Positions 40,132 to 49,731 of a stretch of DNA of 63,293 nucleotides are shown here, piece by piece. This stretch comes from a virus. The notes under the pieces were generated by a model. That model saw only the letters and a program-made list of their open reading frames with translations. It did not search any database and was not told the DNA's origin. The stretch is taken from UHGV virus genome UHGV-0247968. The stretch is one strand, 5' to 3'. A program made the position numbers and the translations under genes. How positions within the stretch are numbered: position 1 is the stretch's first letter; each line of letters begins with the position of its first letter.

Positions 40132-40584
40132 CTACTCCACAGGCAGCGCATGGGCTACTTTGGCTACACCCTTCGGCAACGGAAGGGGTACAGCGACATT
40201 GACCTGGGTATTCACCTGTGTGGTCTCCTTCGCATCCGCGAGACCCGCCACCTTGACCAGCATGTCGAGCAGTTTCAGCGCATCACGGGAGTCCATATCT
40301 CCGCTGTAAGCATCCCGGAACAACTTTTCCCAAAGCGCTTGAGAAAGCGTCAGGGCCCTGTATCTTGCCCCAGCTTTGCTGCCCTGGTTTTTGACCTCTT
40401 CCAGACTCCCCTGAAAAAGCCGCTGGAAATAGGGATTATGCAGGATGTCCATAAGTTCCTGCTTCGTGAGACCATATTCAGACATGATGGACTTGATGTC
40501 CGTAGGACTGTCAGGAACCTGCAAAATAGCGAGGTCGCGAGCCAGCGACGGCCAACGTACCTGATTCTTCAAAGGTTCATTCAT
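40132..40584 (-). CDS. terminase small subunit (candidate)
   Basis: 150-aa ORF directly upstream of terL with an HTH-like N-terminus. Confidence 0.4.
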   Translation of the reverse strand: MNEPLKNQVRWPSLARDLAILQVPDSPTDIKSIMSEYGLTKQELMDILHNPYFQRLFQGSLEEVKNQGSKAGARYRALTLSQALWEKLFRDAYSGDMDSRDALKLLDMLVKVAGLADAKETTQVNTQVNVAVPLPLPKGVAKVAHALPVE

Positions 40585-40670
40585 GGTGCTGAGTCTCCAA
40601 GATAAAAAGGGGAGGCATACGCCTCCCCTTTCGGTATTCGATTGTTATATCGAGAACAGCGCATCTGCGC

Positions 40671-40913
40671 CTATTTAACGTCGGCAGCCGGGGGGCTGTC
40701 AACCTGGCTCGCAGCCACAATGGCAATGAGCTGAGTAGCAAGCCGTTCCAACTGCGCAAGGCTAGGGAGCCTCTTCTGCATAGCCAAAGCCATGGCCCAA
40801 GGCATAGCCTCTTTCATAGCGTCTTCCAGCAGCCGTGCCGCCGTAGGGTATGTTTCCATAAGCTGGTCAGCATTCAGCCGAATCCGCTCGTAGACCTTGT
40901 CGGCAGAGGCCAT
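40671..40913 (-). CDS. small hypothetical protein
   Basis: ORF. Confidence 0.4.
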   Translation of the reverse strand: MASADKVYERIRLNADQLMETYPTAARLLEDAMKEAMPWAMALAMQKRLPSLAQLERLATQLIAIVAASQVDSPPAADVK

Positions 40914-40916
40914 ATG

Positions 40917-41483
40917 TTACGCCTTCGTATCCGAACCGGGCTGGCCCGCAGGCTGCGGGGTCGGCGTCGGCTTCTTCTGCTGGGCCTCAGTCGCATCCTG
41001 CGGCTCAGAAGCGCGTGTCAGAGGTTCGAGCAAAGTACGACTCCACTCCCTGTCAGTCGCCTGCTGACGTTCCGCATCGGCGATGATACCGCCCAGCGCA
41101 CAGTTCAGGAAGTCCTGCGCAGACTGCTGATTGGAGACGACAGCAGGTTCCTTGAGGTAGTAAGCCATTTCCTGGAGGCGCAGGGAATGGATATTGGTCG
41201 GGTCCGGCGGCATATAGTCGTACAGACGGAAGCCTTTGAGCATACGCTCCGGGCGAACCTCGTTGCCATACATGGTTGCAGGAAATTCCACATCCACGAC
41301 AGCCAGATAGAAGTGCTTGTCCTCACTCTGCCCCGGGAGCTTCACCTCGGAGCAGCCCACGTTAAGAATACGCGCACCAGTGAGGTCCGGCATCACGCTC
41401 ATATTATCCGCCGGGTCATACTGCAAATACCATCTGGAACCATTCCATTCGATGACTTGCGCAAACAGGGATTTGCTCGCCAT
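40917..41483 (-). CDS. hypothetical protein
   Basis: ORF. Confidence 0.4.
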   Translation of the reverse strand: MASKSLFAQVIEWNGSRWYLQYDPADNMSVMPDLTGARILNVGCSEVKLPGQSEDKHFYLAVVDVEFPATMYGNEVRPERMLKGFRLYDYMPPDPTNIHSLRLQEMAYYLKEPAVVSNQQSAQDFLNCALGGIIADAERQQATDREWSRTLLEPLTRASEPQDATEAQQKKPTPTPQPAGQPGSDTKA

Positions 41484-41510
41484 GGATACATCTCTCCTTA
41501 AAGGTTGTTG

Positions 41511-42065
41511 CTACAGGCTTGCCCGAAGCATGGCAGCCAACGTGTGGACCATCTCACGATGGATGTCCGCAGCAGGCGCATGTTTTTTGAGCACGCCCAC
41601 GAGTTCCTTGGATTCCATCTCGACAAGACCCACCATGTCTTTCCCTTCCAGATAAGGCTTCCAGGTATCCGGCGGATTCATGCTCACGGAGATGGCGGAT
41701 TCCATCATCCCTTCCAGCTTCTCTTCGAGCTTTCGGCTCGGGCGCATCCGATTGGGGGCTGCGTACCCCATATGCTGCTGCGCCTCCATACGCTCCAACT
41801 CGGCGAGCTCCTGAGAAAGCATGACCTTCCGCATATGGATGTCCTGGGGGTTGAACAGAGGCATACGCATCCCCCCGTACCCGCCGTTATATGTCCGGTA
41901 GGCCGGGAACTCAAGGGGAGGCCAATCCCGGCTTTCCGGCATAGGGTAGTGTTCCTCGTGAGTTCCGTCAGTACCACCACCGACGAAACCAATCATACGC
42001 CCCATAGGCTCAGTGTCACTCTCGGGGGGCGGCGTGGGTACACCACGGAATCGAATAGTACCCAT
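41511..42065 (-). CDS. hypothetical protein
   Basis: ATG at 42065 after AAGGAG. Confidence 0.4.
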   Translation of the reverse strand: MGTIRFRGVPTPPPESDTEPMGRMIGFVGGGTDGTHEEHYPMPESRDWPPLEFPAYRTYNGGYGGMRMPLFNPQDIHMRKVMLSQELAELERMEAQQHMGYAAPNRMRPSRKLEEKLEGMMESAISVSMNPPDTWKPYLEGKDMVGLVEMESKELVGVLKKHAPAADIHREMVHTLAAMLRASL

Positions 42066-42136
42066 ATCACTTCTCCTTCGCATTTGAAAGGGCGGTGCGC
42101 TCGGAAAACGCACCGCCTCACCCATTTTGTTTCAGC

Positions 42137-42946
42137 TTAACGAGAAGCGGTACCACCCGAACTGGTGGTCGGGAGATGGGCCAGGATGGTATTCAGCATG
42201 GACTGCATGTCGTTGCGGTTCTGCTGGGCCGTGCTGTTAGCCAGGTTGGTGTTGAAGTTCTGGGCTTCGAGCTGGGCGATACGGGCATCCTTGGCGCCCA
42301 TTTCACGCAGCAGGCGTTCGCGGTCAATCTGGGCGATGAGGGCACGGGTGGCTTCGCCTTCCGCATGGATGGCGTTACGGGTCTCGCAGCCCTGGCGTTC
42401 GATGTTACGGTTGGTTTCGCAGCAGCAGTCGGAGATGAGCTGCTTGGTGGTGCAGCAACAGTCCTTCTGGGAGGACACGATGTCGAACGTGTTGCGCATA
42501 CCCTGCACTTCGTTGGCATGGGTAGCCGTGAGCTGGGCGATGGTGTTGTCTTTCTGCTGGAGCTGACCCTGGAGACCGGTGGTCAGAACGGCAGCTTCGG
42601 TACGGCTCTGGCCCTGGGCGAGCTGGGCGGCCACATTCTGGACAGACGCGATGGTACGACCGAAACCTTCGCAGAGCTGACCGCCCAGATTGGCGACCTG
42701 CATGAGCTGGTCACGACCGATGGAATCCACGTCGGAACGCATGGTGGTCAGGGACTCCATCACATACTGGTTGCCATTGGTGCCGCAGCAACCACCACCG
42801 CAGCAGTTGCCATTGTTCCAATTGCCACCACGACCCCAGGCGGAACCCACGGCACCACCGATGGCGCCACCGATGAGGGCACCGCCCCAGTTGCCCATGC
42901 CGTTGTTATTACCGCCGATGTCGATAGTAGGCTGGAGACCTTCCAT
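42137..42946 (-). CDS. Gly-rich / Cys-cluster protein (CC, CCC motifs) with a central coiled coil
   Basis: N-terminal GGNNNGMGNWGG...NCCGGGCCGTNGN; DCCCTTKQLISDCCCETN. Confidence 0.4.
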   Translation of the reverse strand: MEGLQPTIDIGGNNNGMGNWGGALIGGAIGGAVGSAWGRGGNWNNGNCCGGGCCGTNGNQYVMESLTTMRSDVDSIGRDQLMQVANLGGQLCEGFGRTIASVQNVAAQLAQGQSRTEAAVLTTGLQGQLQQKDNTIAQLTATHANEVQGMRNTFDIVSSQKDCCCTTKQLISDCCCETNRNIERQGCETRNAIHAEGEATRALIAQIDRERLLREMGAKDARIAQLEAQNFNTNLANSTAQQNRNDMQSMLNTILAHLPTTSSGGTASR

Positions 42947-43028
42947 GAGAAAACTCCTTGTAAAATGTGACGATAACCCGGGAACAATGCTCGGGCAGGT
43001 TTATATAGTCAGCGGGAAATCCGCTGAT

Positions 43029-43682
43029 TTACGCAGTAAAACGAACGAGGGCCGACACATAGGACTGATTCGTCATACCAGCGACAGCCAATTTCACAGC
43101 TTTGCCTTTGAGTGCTCCAAGTGCCTGCGAAGAGTCATTCAGCGTGATGGTATCACTACCAGATTCAGAACTCAGCGTAACCGTAATGCCTCCGGTCCCA
43201 GAACCGTCAGCCTCGATGTAGCTGAGAGTGACGTTGTTCCATTCACTTGCGAGGACAGTGTGAATGGCCTCATCCATACCAATGAAATACAGCGGGAGGT
43301 CGGCAAAATTCGTAGGAATTTTTCCGCCCAACCACTCCTGGTCGACCTGAATCACACCCTCTTCGGTAATGGTAATACCTTCCCCAGCAGTCAGCGACCC
43401 GCCGAGGGCTTCTTCAAGAGCCGTAAGGTCGATTTCCACCGCAATGGACTCACCCTGCAAAGGGGCCTCTACTCCGGTATTGAACGTGAGAATACCCCCC
43501 GCGCTCTTGAGCAGAAACTTATCGGGGACCAGGGGGTGTCCGCCAGCAGTCGAACCGTCATGAACGACCACGACATGCTTGTCGGTGTCGACGGTGAGCT
43601 CACCGGGGAGGCCCTTGTATGTTTTGTGCTGGGCAGTCGTCCCCCTGAACTGCTGGATAGGACTGGAGTTGTTTCTCGCCAT
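43029..43682 (-). CDS. short tail fiber protein with an Mtd-type N-terminal domain
   Basis: IQQFRGTTAQHKTYKGLPGELTVDTDKHVVVVHDGSTAGGHPLV matches the conserved N-terminus of major-tropism-determinant-type fibers. Confidence 0.6.
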   Translation of the reverse strand: MARNNSSPIQQFRGTTAQHKTYKGLPGELTVDTDKHVVVVHDGSTAGGHPLVPDKFLLKSAGGILTFNTGVEAPLQGESIAVEIDLTALEEALGGSLTAGEGITITEEGVIQVDQEWLGGKIPTNFADLPLYFIGMDEAIHTVLASEWNNVTLSYIEADGSGTGGITVTLSSESGSDTITLNDSSQALGALKGKAVKLAVAGMTNQSYVSALVRFTA

Positions 43683-43798
43683 ATGTGTATACCTACCTCT
43701 TTACATACTGCGTTAGGAGGGGACGTATAGAAAACTACCCTCTCGAACAAGAGGGTGCAGCCGGGGAACTTTCCTCGGCTGCACCCATGGCGAAACGC

Positions 43799-45157
43799 TT
43801 AGGCGTCCATGGTGCCGTAGTCGGAATAGACCATCAGCTTGCCATTGTCGCACTGAATCTGGTTGCCGGCAGTTTCGGAAATCATGGAACAGCCCAGAGA
43901 GCCTTCCGGGTTGTCGACCATGCCGTTGACGATGTTCGTCACCGAGTTCGTGATGTCGGCTTCCGTGAGCAGGGCGCCCTTGTCAGTACCGGGCTTGATG
44001 AGGTTGCCGCCATCGGCGGACACGACCTTCACAGACAGTTTGCCGTCGGCACCGGCCTTGATAGCGTTGTCGGCGTCGGAAGAAATCGTGTTGGTGAAGT
44101 CCACCACGATGTTGCCGCTTTCATCGAACTTGATACCGGTTCCCAGCTTGGCGGAGATGGTATGGCCGTCGATGGTGATACCCTGACCGGCGGTGTACAC
44201 ATCCACGAGGTCGGTCACATCCACATAGGTGTCAGCCACGGAACCGTCGGACAGTGCCCAGATGAAGTGCAGGTACACACCGGATTTCAGGCCCACCCCG
44301 GGCGTGAAGCTGACAGTGCCGCTGACCGTGGTACCGCTGACCGCGAACGGGACAGAGGCGGACGACGTGTCATCAAACGTCACCGTGGCCGGGCTGGAGC
44401 CACCTTCCACAGTCTTGTCGTCGCCGTTGAACACAGCACGCACAGCAGCGACCGAGGTACCACCTTCGGCCAGCTCGGTGGAGTATTCGGCGGTACCGGC
44501 GGAACCCTTGGTGGTCGTCACCTGGACACCCACGGCATCAGACCAGGCGCCGTTCTGGTCGCGGAAAATCAGGGTCAGGTGGTAGTCGCCTTCGACAGTT
44601 TCACCACCGGCATCGGGCTTACCATCCGTCAGTTCCACACCCTTGAGCACGGAAGTGCTGGACGGGATGGTCACGTTGGCGACTTCGGTGGAACCGTCAT
44701 GGCCGACGAGTTTCAGTTTACCGGAGGGCTGGTCGTAGGTCATGCTGAGGTCAGCGGCGACCTTGCCGTCGGCATCATGCAAAATCTTGTCACCGGCACG
44801 GATGATGAGATTGGCGTCAGGGGCCTTGGCATACAGCTTACTGTCGGAACCGACGGACAGACCGTTGTTCGCGTCGCCGGACACCAGGTCGGTAGCCAGG
44901 GAAGTCATGTCCACAGTGAGCGTCACATCGCCAGCGAGCGTGCCCTCAGTGGAGCCGTTCACTTTCAGGTGGGTGTCGCCAGTGACCTTGCGGTCTTCGC
45001 GGGCCATAGGAATACCACCGGCAGTGGAACCGTCGTGGACGACCACGACCTTCTTATCGGTATCGACAGTCAGTTCGCCGACTTTGCCGGTGTACGAGGC
45101 ATGCTGCGCAGTCGTACCACGATATTGCTGGATAGCGTCGGGAGTTTTACGAGCCAT
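43799..45157 (-). CDS. tail fiber protein with an Mtd-type N-terminal domain
   Basis: IQQYRGTTAQHASYTGKVGELTVDTDKKVVVVHDGSTAGGIPMA, followed by a repetitive beta-rich shaft. Confidence 0.65.
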   Translation of the reverse strand: MARKTPDAIQQYRGTTAQHASYTGKVGELTVDTDKKVVVVHDGSTAGGIPMAREDRKVTGDTHLKVNGSTEGTLAGDVTLTVDMTSLATDLVSGDANNGLSVGSDSKLYAKAPDANLIIRAGDKILHDADGKVAADLSMTYDQPSGKLKLVGHDGSTEVANVTIPSSTSVLKGVELTDGKPDAGGETVEGDYHLTLIFRDQNGAWSDAVGVQVTTTKGSAGTAEYSTELAEGGTSVAAVRAVFNGDDKTVEGGSSPATVTFDDTSSASVPFAVSGTTVSGTVSFTPGVGLKSGVYLHFIWALSDGSVADTYVDVTDLVDVYTAGQGITIDGHTISAKLGTGIKFDESGNIVVDFTNTISSDADNAIKAGADGKLSVKVVSADGGNLIKPGTDKGALLTEADITNSVTNIVNGMVDNPEGSLGCSMISETAGNQIQCDNGKLMVYSDYGTMDA

Positions 45158-45225
45158 AAATCACTCCATAGTTTGAAGCCCGGGCCCTATGCCCAGGCCG
45201 TATCAATGTTACTCAGGTGGCCGCA

Positions 45226-46767
45226 CTACCGAGTAGTCGGCATATCCCCACGGTCCATGGGCGTGTATGCACCATTGTCCGAGCCAGACACCAGAAGGTT
45301 GTCCTTATCCGCAGACACGACAACGACCTTGAGCTTCTTGTCCGAGCCAAGACGAAGCACGTTATCACTGTCAGTGGAAAGCAGCTTGGAACAGTCAATC
45401 CCGATGGAACCGTCGGGGTTAATCACGACAGGGCTGTCTTCGCCCGTACCCAGGTCAAGAACAAGGTTGTTGTCCTTGAGAGTCAGACCAGAACCAGGAG
45501 AGACCCCAAGACCACTCACCGGGTCGCATTTGATAGCCCCCTCGGGATGGAGCTTCACAGACACTTCCCGGCTGGCGCTGATGTCAATACCACACCCGGC
45601 CCTGTAGATGTCGACAAGAGCCGACACATCTACATAGACATCCTGCACAGTACCGACAGCCAGCGCATACACGAAGACCAGATAGGTTCCCGGAATGAGC
45701 CCGACGCCAGGCTCGAAAATGACTTCGAGCCGCGTGGCCTCCGGCGTCACGACAATACGGGTGCCGTCAGCAAACTGGAGGGCTGCGGTGCCGTCGATGA
45801 AAAACTGCTCCGCCGTCTGCCCGTTGAAAATACCGCGAACCCGGACAGCACCCATGCCCGCAACAGATTCGATACTGGTCGACACGGCTGCGCTTTTATG
45901 CGTCCGCACCGTGGCCGGGACAGGGTCGCCCCAGACGCCATCGGCCTGGGCGAACATGAGCGAAAAATGGTAGTCGCCCTCGATGTCCTCACCGCTCTCA
46001 CTGGGCATACCATCCACGAGGTAAACACCCTTGAGCGAAGAACTTGCTCCGGGGACGCGCACCGTGGAAATCACAGTCTGACCATCATGGCCCAGGATGT
46101 CGAGCTTGCCGGTGTCAGGCGAATACGCCAGCGAGAGCCCGGAGGAAATGCGACCGTCCTTGTCTTCGTACAGGATAGCGTCGCCCCGATTCAGGATGTC
46201 ATCCATGGACAGGTACACGCCCTTGTCGGAGCCGGGATGCACCAGATTCCCTTCGTCCTGCGAAATGACGGGGAGATTGTCCTGGATGTTTTTCTGGGTC
46301 AGAATGATTTTTCTGTCGACAGGGTCGATGGTCAACAGATTGGTGTGTCCATTGGACAACATGTCGTTAGGCGTGAGCTTCACCCCGCCATCACTTCCGA
46401 CCGTGACCAGGTTATCAGCATCCACAGAGACAACGGTCTGGGAAACAAACAGCCCGTTGTCGCTACCGAGCTTCAGCTTGTTTCCGTCATCTTTGGAAAT
46501 GAGCCCGTCAGCCGTAGCGGACATATCGGGGACATACATCTTGCCCCCACGCACTTCCAAAGCATTCCCCTTTTCAGAGGAAATACAATCACTGGCATAA
46601 ACAGCCAGTCCATCAGGGGCGTGTTTCAGCAGATTGGGGGCCCCGGAAGAATCCGCACCATCCAAAGGGATGGCCGATACGTCGACGAACTGCCCATCAG
46701 GAAGTTCTGTGAATTGCTTATTCGCCGCGTCGCGAACAATGGGGCGCTTCATAGGTTTCGTCGCCAT
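45226..46767 (-). CDS. tail fiber/spike-like protein
   Basis: Its shaft repeats are similar to those of the 43799 gene (GHDGQTV...LKGVYL...GEDIEGDYH) but the N-terminus differs. Confidence 0.5.
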   Translation of the reverse strand: MATKPMKRPIVRDAANKQFTELPDGQFVDVSAIPLDGADSSGAPNLLKHAPDGLAVYASDCISSEKGNALEVRGGKMYVPDMSATADGLISKDDGNKLKLGSDNGLFVSQTVVSVDADNLVTVGSDGGVKLTPNDMLSNGHTNLLTIDPVDRKIILTQKNIQDNLPVISQDEGNLVHPGSDKGVYLSMDDILNRGDAILYEDKDGRISSGLSLAYSPDTGKLDILGHDGQTVISTVRVPGASSSLKGVYLVDGMPSESGEDIEGDYHFSLMFAQADGVWGDPVPATVRTHKSAAVSTSIESVAGMGAVRVRGIFNGQTAEQFFIDGTAALQFADGTRIVVTPEATRLEVIFEPGVGLIPGTYLVFVYALAVGTVQDVYVDVSALVDIYRAGCGIDISASREVSVKLHPEGAIKCDPVSGLGVSPGSGLTLKDNNLVLDLGTGEDSPVVINPDGSIGIDCSKLLSTDSDNVLRLGSDKKLKVVVVSADKDNLLVSGSDNGAYTPMDRGDMPTTR

Positions 46768-47317
46768 TGGTGTCTCCTTTACACCCGCAACAAGTCATCA
46801 TGCATCGGGCACAGTCAGACTGGAAAGGGCATTGCTGTTTATGCTGCTCACGCTGCGCGGGCGTCATCTTTTTACGCAACTCGTTAATATCCGCTCCATC
46901 CATCATGTCGATGAATTTATACCCAGACTTCCAGCGAATGAACGCATCTACAGCTTTCATGCCGCCAGCGGAAAGAAAAATCGTCAAACCGAGGTCTGTC
47001 TCGGGCGTCCGTGTCACACCAAAAAACGGGAGGCATAATACTACGCCTACGGCCACGATAGCCATAAACGCACTGGATAAGAGGATATTGAAAAAAATAC
47101 TGCAAAAATCTCGATGCAGATAACTACGCTTCACGCCATGCCACCCCTGATACATAGCAATGACAAAAGCACCTGCGATGAGCGGCCACAACTCGACAAG
47201 CAGATTCAAATAGGTACTACTACGCCCTGTAATGGTGTCAGGAGAAACAGGAGGAATACTCATAAGTTGCGGACCGGACATAGTTTGTTTACCACGACAT
47301 GGCCATGACTTCGTCAT
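46718..47317 (-). CDS. holin-like membrane protein (3 TM helices) with a Cys-rich C-terminal tail
   Basis: Three hydrophobic helices. Immediately downstream of the endolysin. Alternative start at 47281. Confidence 0.35.
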   Translation of the reverse strand: MTKSWPCRGKQTMSGPQLMSIPPVSPDTITGRSSTYLNLLVELWPLIAGAFVIAMYQGWHGVKRSYLHRDFCSIFFNILLSSAFMAIVAVGVVLCLPFFGVTRTPETDLGLTIFLSAGGMKAVDAFIRWKSGYKFIDMMDGADINELRKKMTPAQREQHKQQCPFQSDCARCMMTCCGCKGDTNGDETYEAPHCSRRGE

Positions 47318-47786
47318 AGCTGGAACGACGGACCAGACCGCCTACACGCTTAAACTTCACAGCCCGTTCGTGTTCTCTCCCTCGAACGATGGCTACATGT
47401 ACCCACCCGGTAGGCAGGTTTTCTGCTATGAGTTCAGTGAAAGGCAGATTTTCCGCGATAAAAGCGAAGATGTCCCGCAGCGATACATCCGCCGACACCG
47501 GCTCGATGTCAGCAGCAGCCCCGGAGCGATGATGCGAAGTCTTCGAGGAACCGGGAATCGCTTTATTCAATGCGGAACTGCGATACCCGGAAGTTACCCG
47601 TATAGGACCAAACTTATCCCGAACAGGCTGCAAGATAGTCTGTGCCAAATACTCCATATTGTCCCAAACATCCGGGTCATCGGGAATATTCTGGATACCC
47701 TCGCGCACCGCAGTATCCGAGTGCAGGAGCTCTTCATAGGTGAAATTCGGGGCCCCGGGAATAGGTCCATGTCGCATAACGGGCAA
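47289..47786 (-). CDS. endolysin, peptidase M15 family (L-alanyl-D-glutamate / D-Ala-D-Ala peptidase-like)
   Basis: YEELLHS, SGYRS, HHRSGAAADI: the zinc-binding HxxxxxxD...H arrangement of M15 peptidases. Confidence 0.7.
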   Translation of the reverse strand: MPVMRHGPIPGAPNFTYEELLHSDTAVREGIQNIPDDPDVWDNMEYLAQTILQPVRDKFGPIRVTSGYRSSALNKAIPGSSKTSHHRSGAAADIEPVSADVSLRDIFAFIAENLPFTELIAENLPTGWVHVAIVRGREHERAVKFKRVGGLVRRSSYDEVMAMSW

Positions 47787-47886
47787 CCTCCTAGAAAAAA
47801 GCGGACGGCGCGCTTTCCAGGGGTATCCTACCGGAAAGACGCACTCGCCCGCTCTTTTGTCTTACTACAACCGGGTGTCCCCGGTG

Positions 47887-48054
47887 TCAATATTCGTCAG
47901 GATGCTTCAGCAGCGCTTTGAGCTGTTCGACATCTTCGATGGTCACGGAATCCTTTTTCCAGGTTTCGATGATGGCTTGCACCGCAGGGAGCCCGTAGAC
48001 GGAAACCAGCTCAAGAATTTGCAGCACCAGTTTGATGTCGATGGAGTTACTCAT
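47887..48054 (-). CDS. small hypothetical protein (55 aa)
   Basis: Not in the ORF table. GGAGGTCAGCC ATG. Overlaps the stop of the lipoprotein gene by 8 nt. Confidence 0.35.
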   Translation of the reverse strand: MSNSIDIKLVLQILELVSVYGLPAVQAIIETWKKDSVTIEDVEQLKALLKHPDEY

Positions 48055-48448
48055 GGCTGACCTCCTTCACATCGACACCGAGGTCGATGGCGGCCTTGAG
48101 AAGTTCTTGCAGGTCCTTGGTCATCTTATCGACAAGAGCCTTGAGATTGTCGCGTTCCATGGCACCCGGGGACGAAAGCCCCTCAGAAGCCCGCATATAG
48201 GTCAGAAGACCATTGACCGTCACCTGGTAAGCATCGTAATACACCAGGGCGGCATCCTTGAGTTTCTCCCAGTCATCATCCTGAAGTTTGCCCTGCGAAT
48301 GCATGTCACTGGCAGCAGTCATCACCGTATCATAGGTGATGGCACTGGTCTCCAGCGTTTTGTACGCCGTGAGCGTGATTTCGTCCTGGGCCGCGCAGCC
48401 CACCAAACTGGCCGTGAGGGCCACGACAATTAAGAAATAACGGAACAT
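48047..48448 (-). CDS. lipoprotein (o-spanin or superinfection-exclusion lipoprotein candidate)
   Basis: Signal peptide with lipobox: MFRYFLIVVALTASLVGC. Coiled-coil mature part. Next to the lysis genes. Confidence 0.55.
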   Translation of the reverse strand: MFRYFLIVVALTASLVGCAAQDEITLTAYKTLETSAITYDTVMTAASDMHSQGKLQDDDWEKLKDAALVYYDAYQVTVNGLLTYMRASEGLSSPGAMERDNLKALVDKMTKDLQELLKAAIDLGVDVKEVSHE

Positions 48449-48462
48449 ATACGAACCTCCTT

Positions 48463-48873
48463 TTACACGTTACCGCGTGTGATGACCAGCGGGCGGCCCT
48501 TAATCCACCCCTTGGCACTGAAAGCCGTGAGATGCACCTTCGTTCCGTCGTCAGTAACCAGGTCATACTGGTACGGCGCATTACCAGGGCTGGAAGCATA
48601 ATACGCCGTGTACTGCTTTCCCTTGTATGTCACACGCATACCGTGATGACAGTCTTCTTCCCTGGAACTGGCATGAAAATCGTAATCATTCTGCCGCCAT
48701 TCCTGCCCAGCAGCAAGAACAGGCGTAGTCACAGTACCCAAATCGACGAAATATTTGGGAGTGCTGCCGTTGCAATCATTTTTGGCGAGTTCGATATGCA
48801 TGGAAAGAGCCGCCGGTTCCGGCGTCATATCCCCGTAATCACTCGCGACATAAGCAAAATTTTTCATATCCAC
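48463..48873 (-). CDS. hypothetical protein
   Basis: ORF. Confidence 0.4.
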   Translation of the reverse strand: MDMKNFAYVASDYGDMTPEPAALSMHIELAKNDCNGSTPKYFVDLGTVTTPVLAAGQEWRQNDYDFHASSREEDCHHGMRVTYKGKQYTAYYASSPGNAPYQYDLVTDDGTKVHLTAFSAKGWIKGRPLVITRGNV

Positions 48874-48876
48874 CTC

Positions 48877-49383
48877 TTATTTATCGGGAATTTTCACTGT
48901 CGTAGATTCATACAGCCACCAATTATAATTTACTACTGGTCTTCCGGCAAAAATATTATATACCGTAAACTGAACACCATCGCTCGCGGCTTTGGTTTGA
49001 GGTATATATATAGACTGGTCTTGTGCATTAACATGCTCATAAGCATAACACTCTAAACCCTCAATCGGGTCAGTATAGCGAATTTTTGGGGCAGGAAATT
49101 CTATAACCTCCCCATTATATTCGACTTCACATTTATCTATATCAACCATTAAATAGGAAATAATTTTGCCTGTATTATAAGACACGATCTGTCCAGGAGA
49201 CAGATTAGAAAAAGTTTTTGTATAGGAAGAAATCACTTCCAAAGGCCAAGCACCATCATACGGAGGACATGTTGCATTATTCGGGTCCGGCTGTTTCGGA
49301 GAAAAATATTTTACCGTGAACGTCACTTCCGACGGCGGCTTCGGTTTTTGGTATGCAGAATATCCACGAATCAAAGTGTCCAT
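48877..49383 (-). CDS. AT-rich moron-like hypothetical protein
   Basis: Low local GC. Own RBS AAGGGGG. Preceded by an intrinsic terminator and a weak promoter-like sequence. Confidence 0.45.
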   Translation of the reverse strand: MDTLIRGYSAYQKPKPPSEVTFTVKYFSPKQPDPNNATCPPYDGAWPLEVISSYTKTFSNLSPGQIVSYNTGKIISYLMVDIDKCEVEYNGEVIEFPAPKIRYTDPIEGLECYAYEHVNAQDQSIYIPQTKAASDGVQFTVYNIFAGRPVVNYNWWLYESTTVKIPDK

Positions 49384-49430
49384 ATGGACCCCCTTTTTTC
49401 ATAGAGTAATTGAAAAACCCTCAGAACTCA

Positions 49431-49462
49431 AACACGAAAAGCCCCCGCTCGTGCGGGGGCTT
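49431..49462 (-). terminator. intrinsic terminator (agcccccgc-acga-gcgggggct + TTTCGTGTTT on the - strand)
   Basis: Lies downstream of the 49491 gene. Confidence 0.65.
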
Positions 49463-49490
49463 CGCTTACATCATTACTGAACAGCAGCGC

Positions 49491-49676
49491 TTAGGCGTCC
49501 ATCTCGAAGTGGTCGCAGACAGAGAATGCCTTAGTACGGAAACCGAACTTGCCGCAGGTGAGTTTTTCTCCATATTCTCCTAAGCGACGGTAGTGCTTGC
49601 ATGTCGTGCAGGCTTCAATCCTGGCATGCTTCTTCCACCCGGCAGCTTTCTTGGTCATCTTCTTTTCTTCAGGCAT
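49491..49676 (-). CDS. small zinc-ribbon protein
   Basis: CTTCKHYRRLGEYGEKLTCGKF...C. Confidence 0.45.
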   Translation of the reverse strand: MPEEKKMTKKAAGWKKHARIEACTTCKHYRRLGEYGEKLTCGKFGFRTKAFSVCDHFEMDA

Positions 49677-49731
49677 AGTCGTCTCCTTTGTTCACAGCAT
49701 GGCGCCTGTGAGGCGTTATGGCACATAACAA

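Noticed and set aside
43029-46767. Diversity-generating retroelement associated with the Mtd-like fibers
   Set aside because: No reverse-transcriptase ORF (no YxDD-type protein) and no template repeat seen in the window. Only the Mtd N-terminal domain is present.
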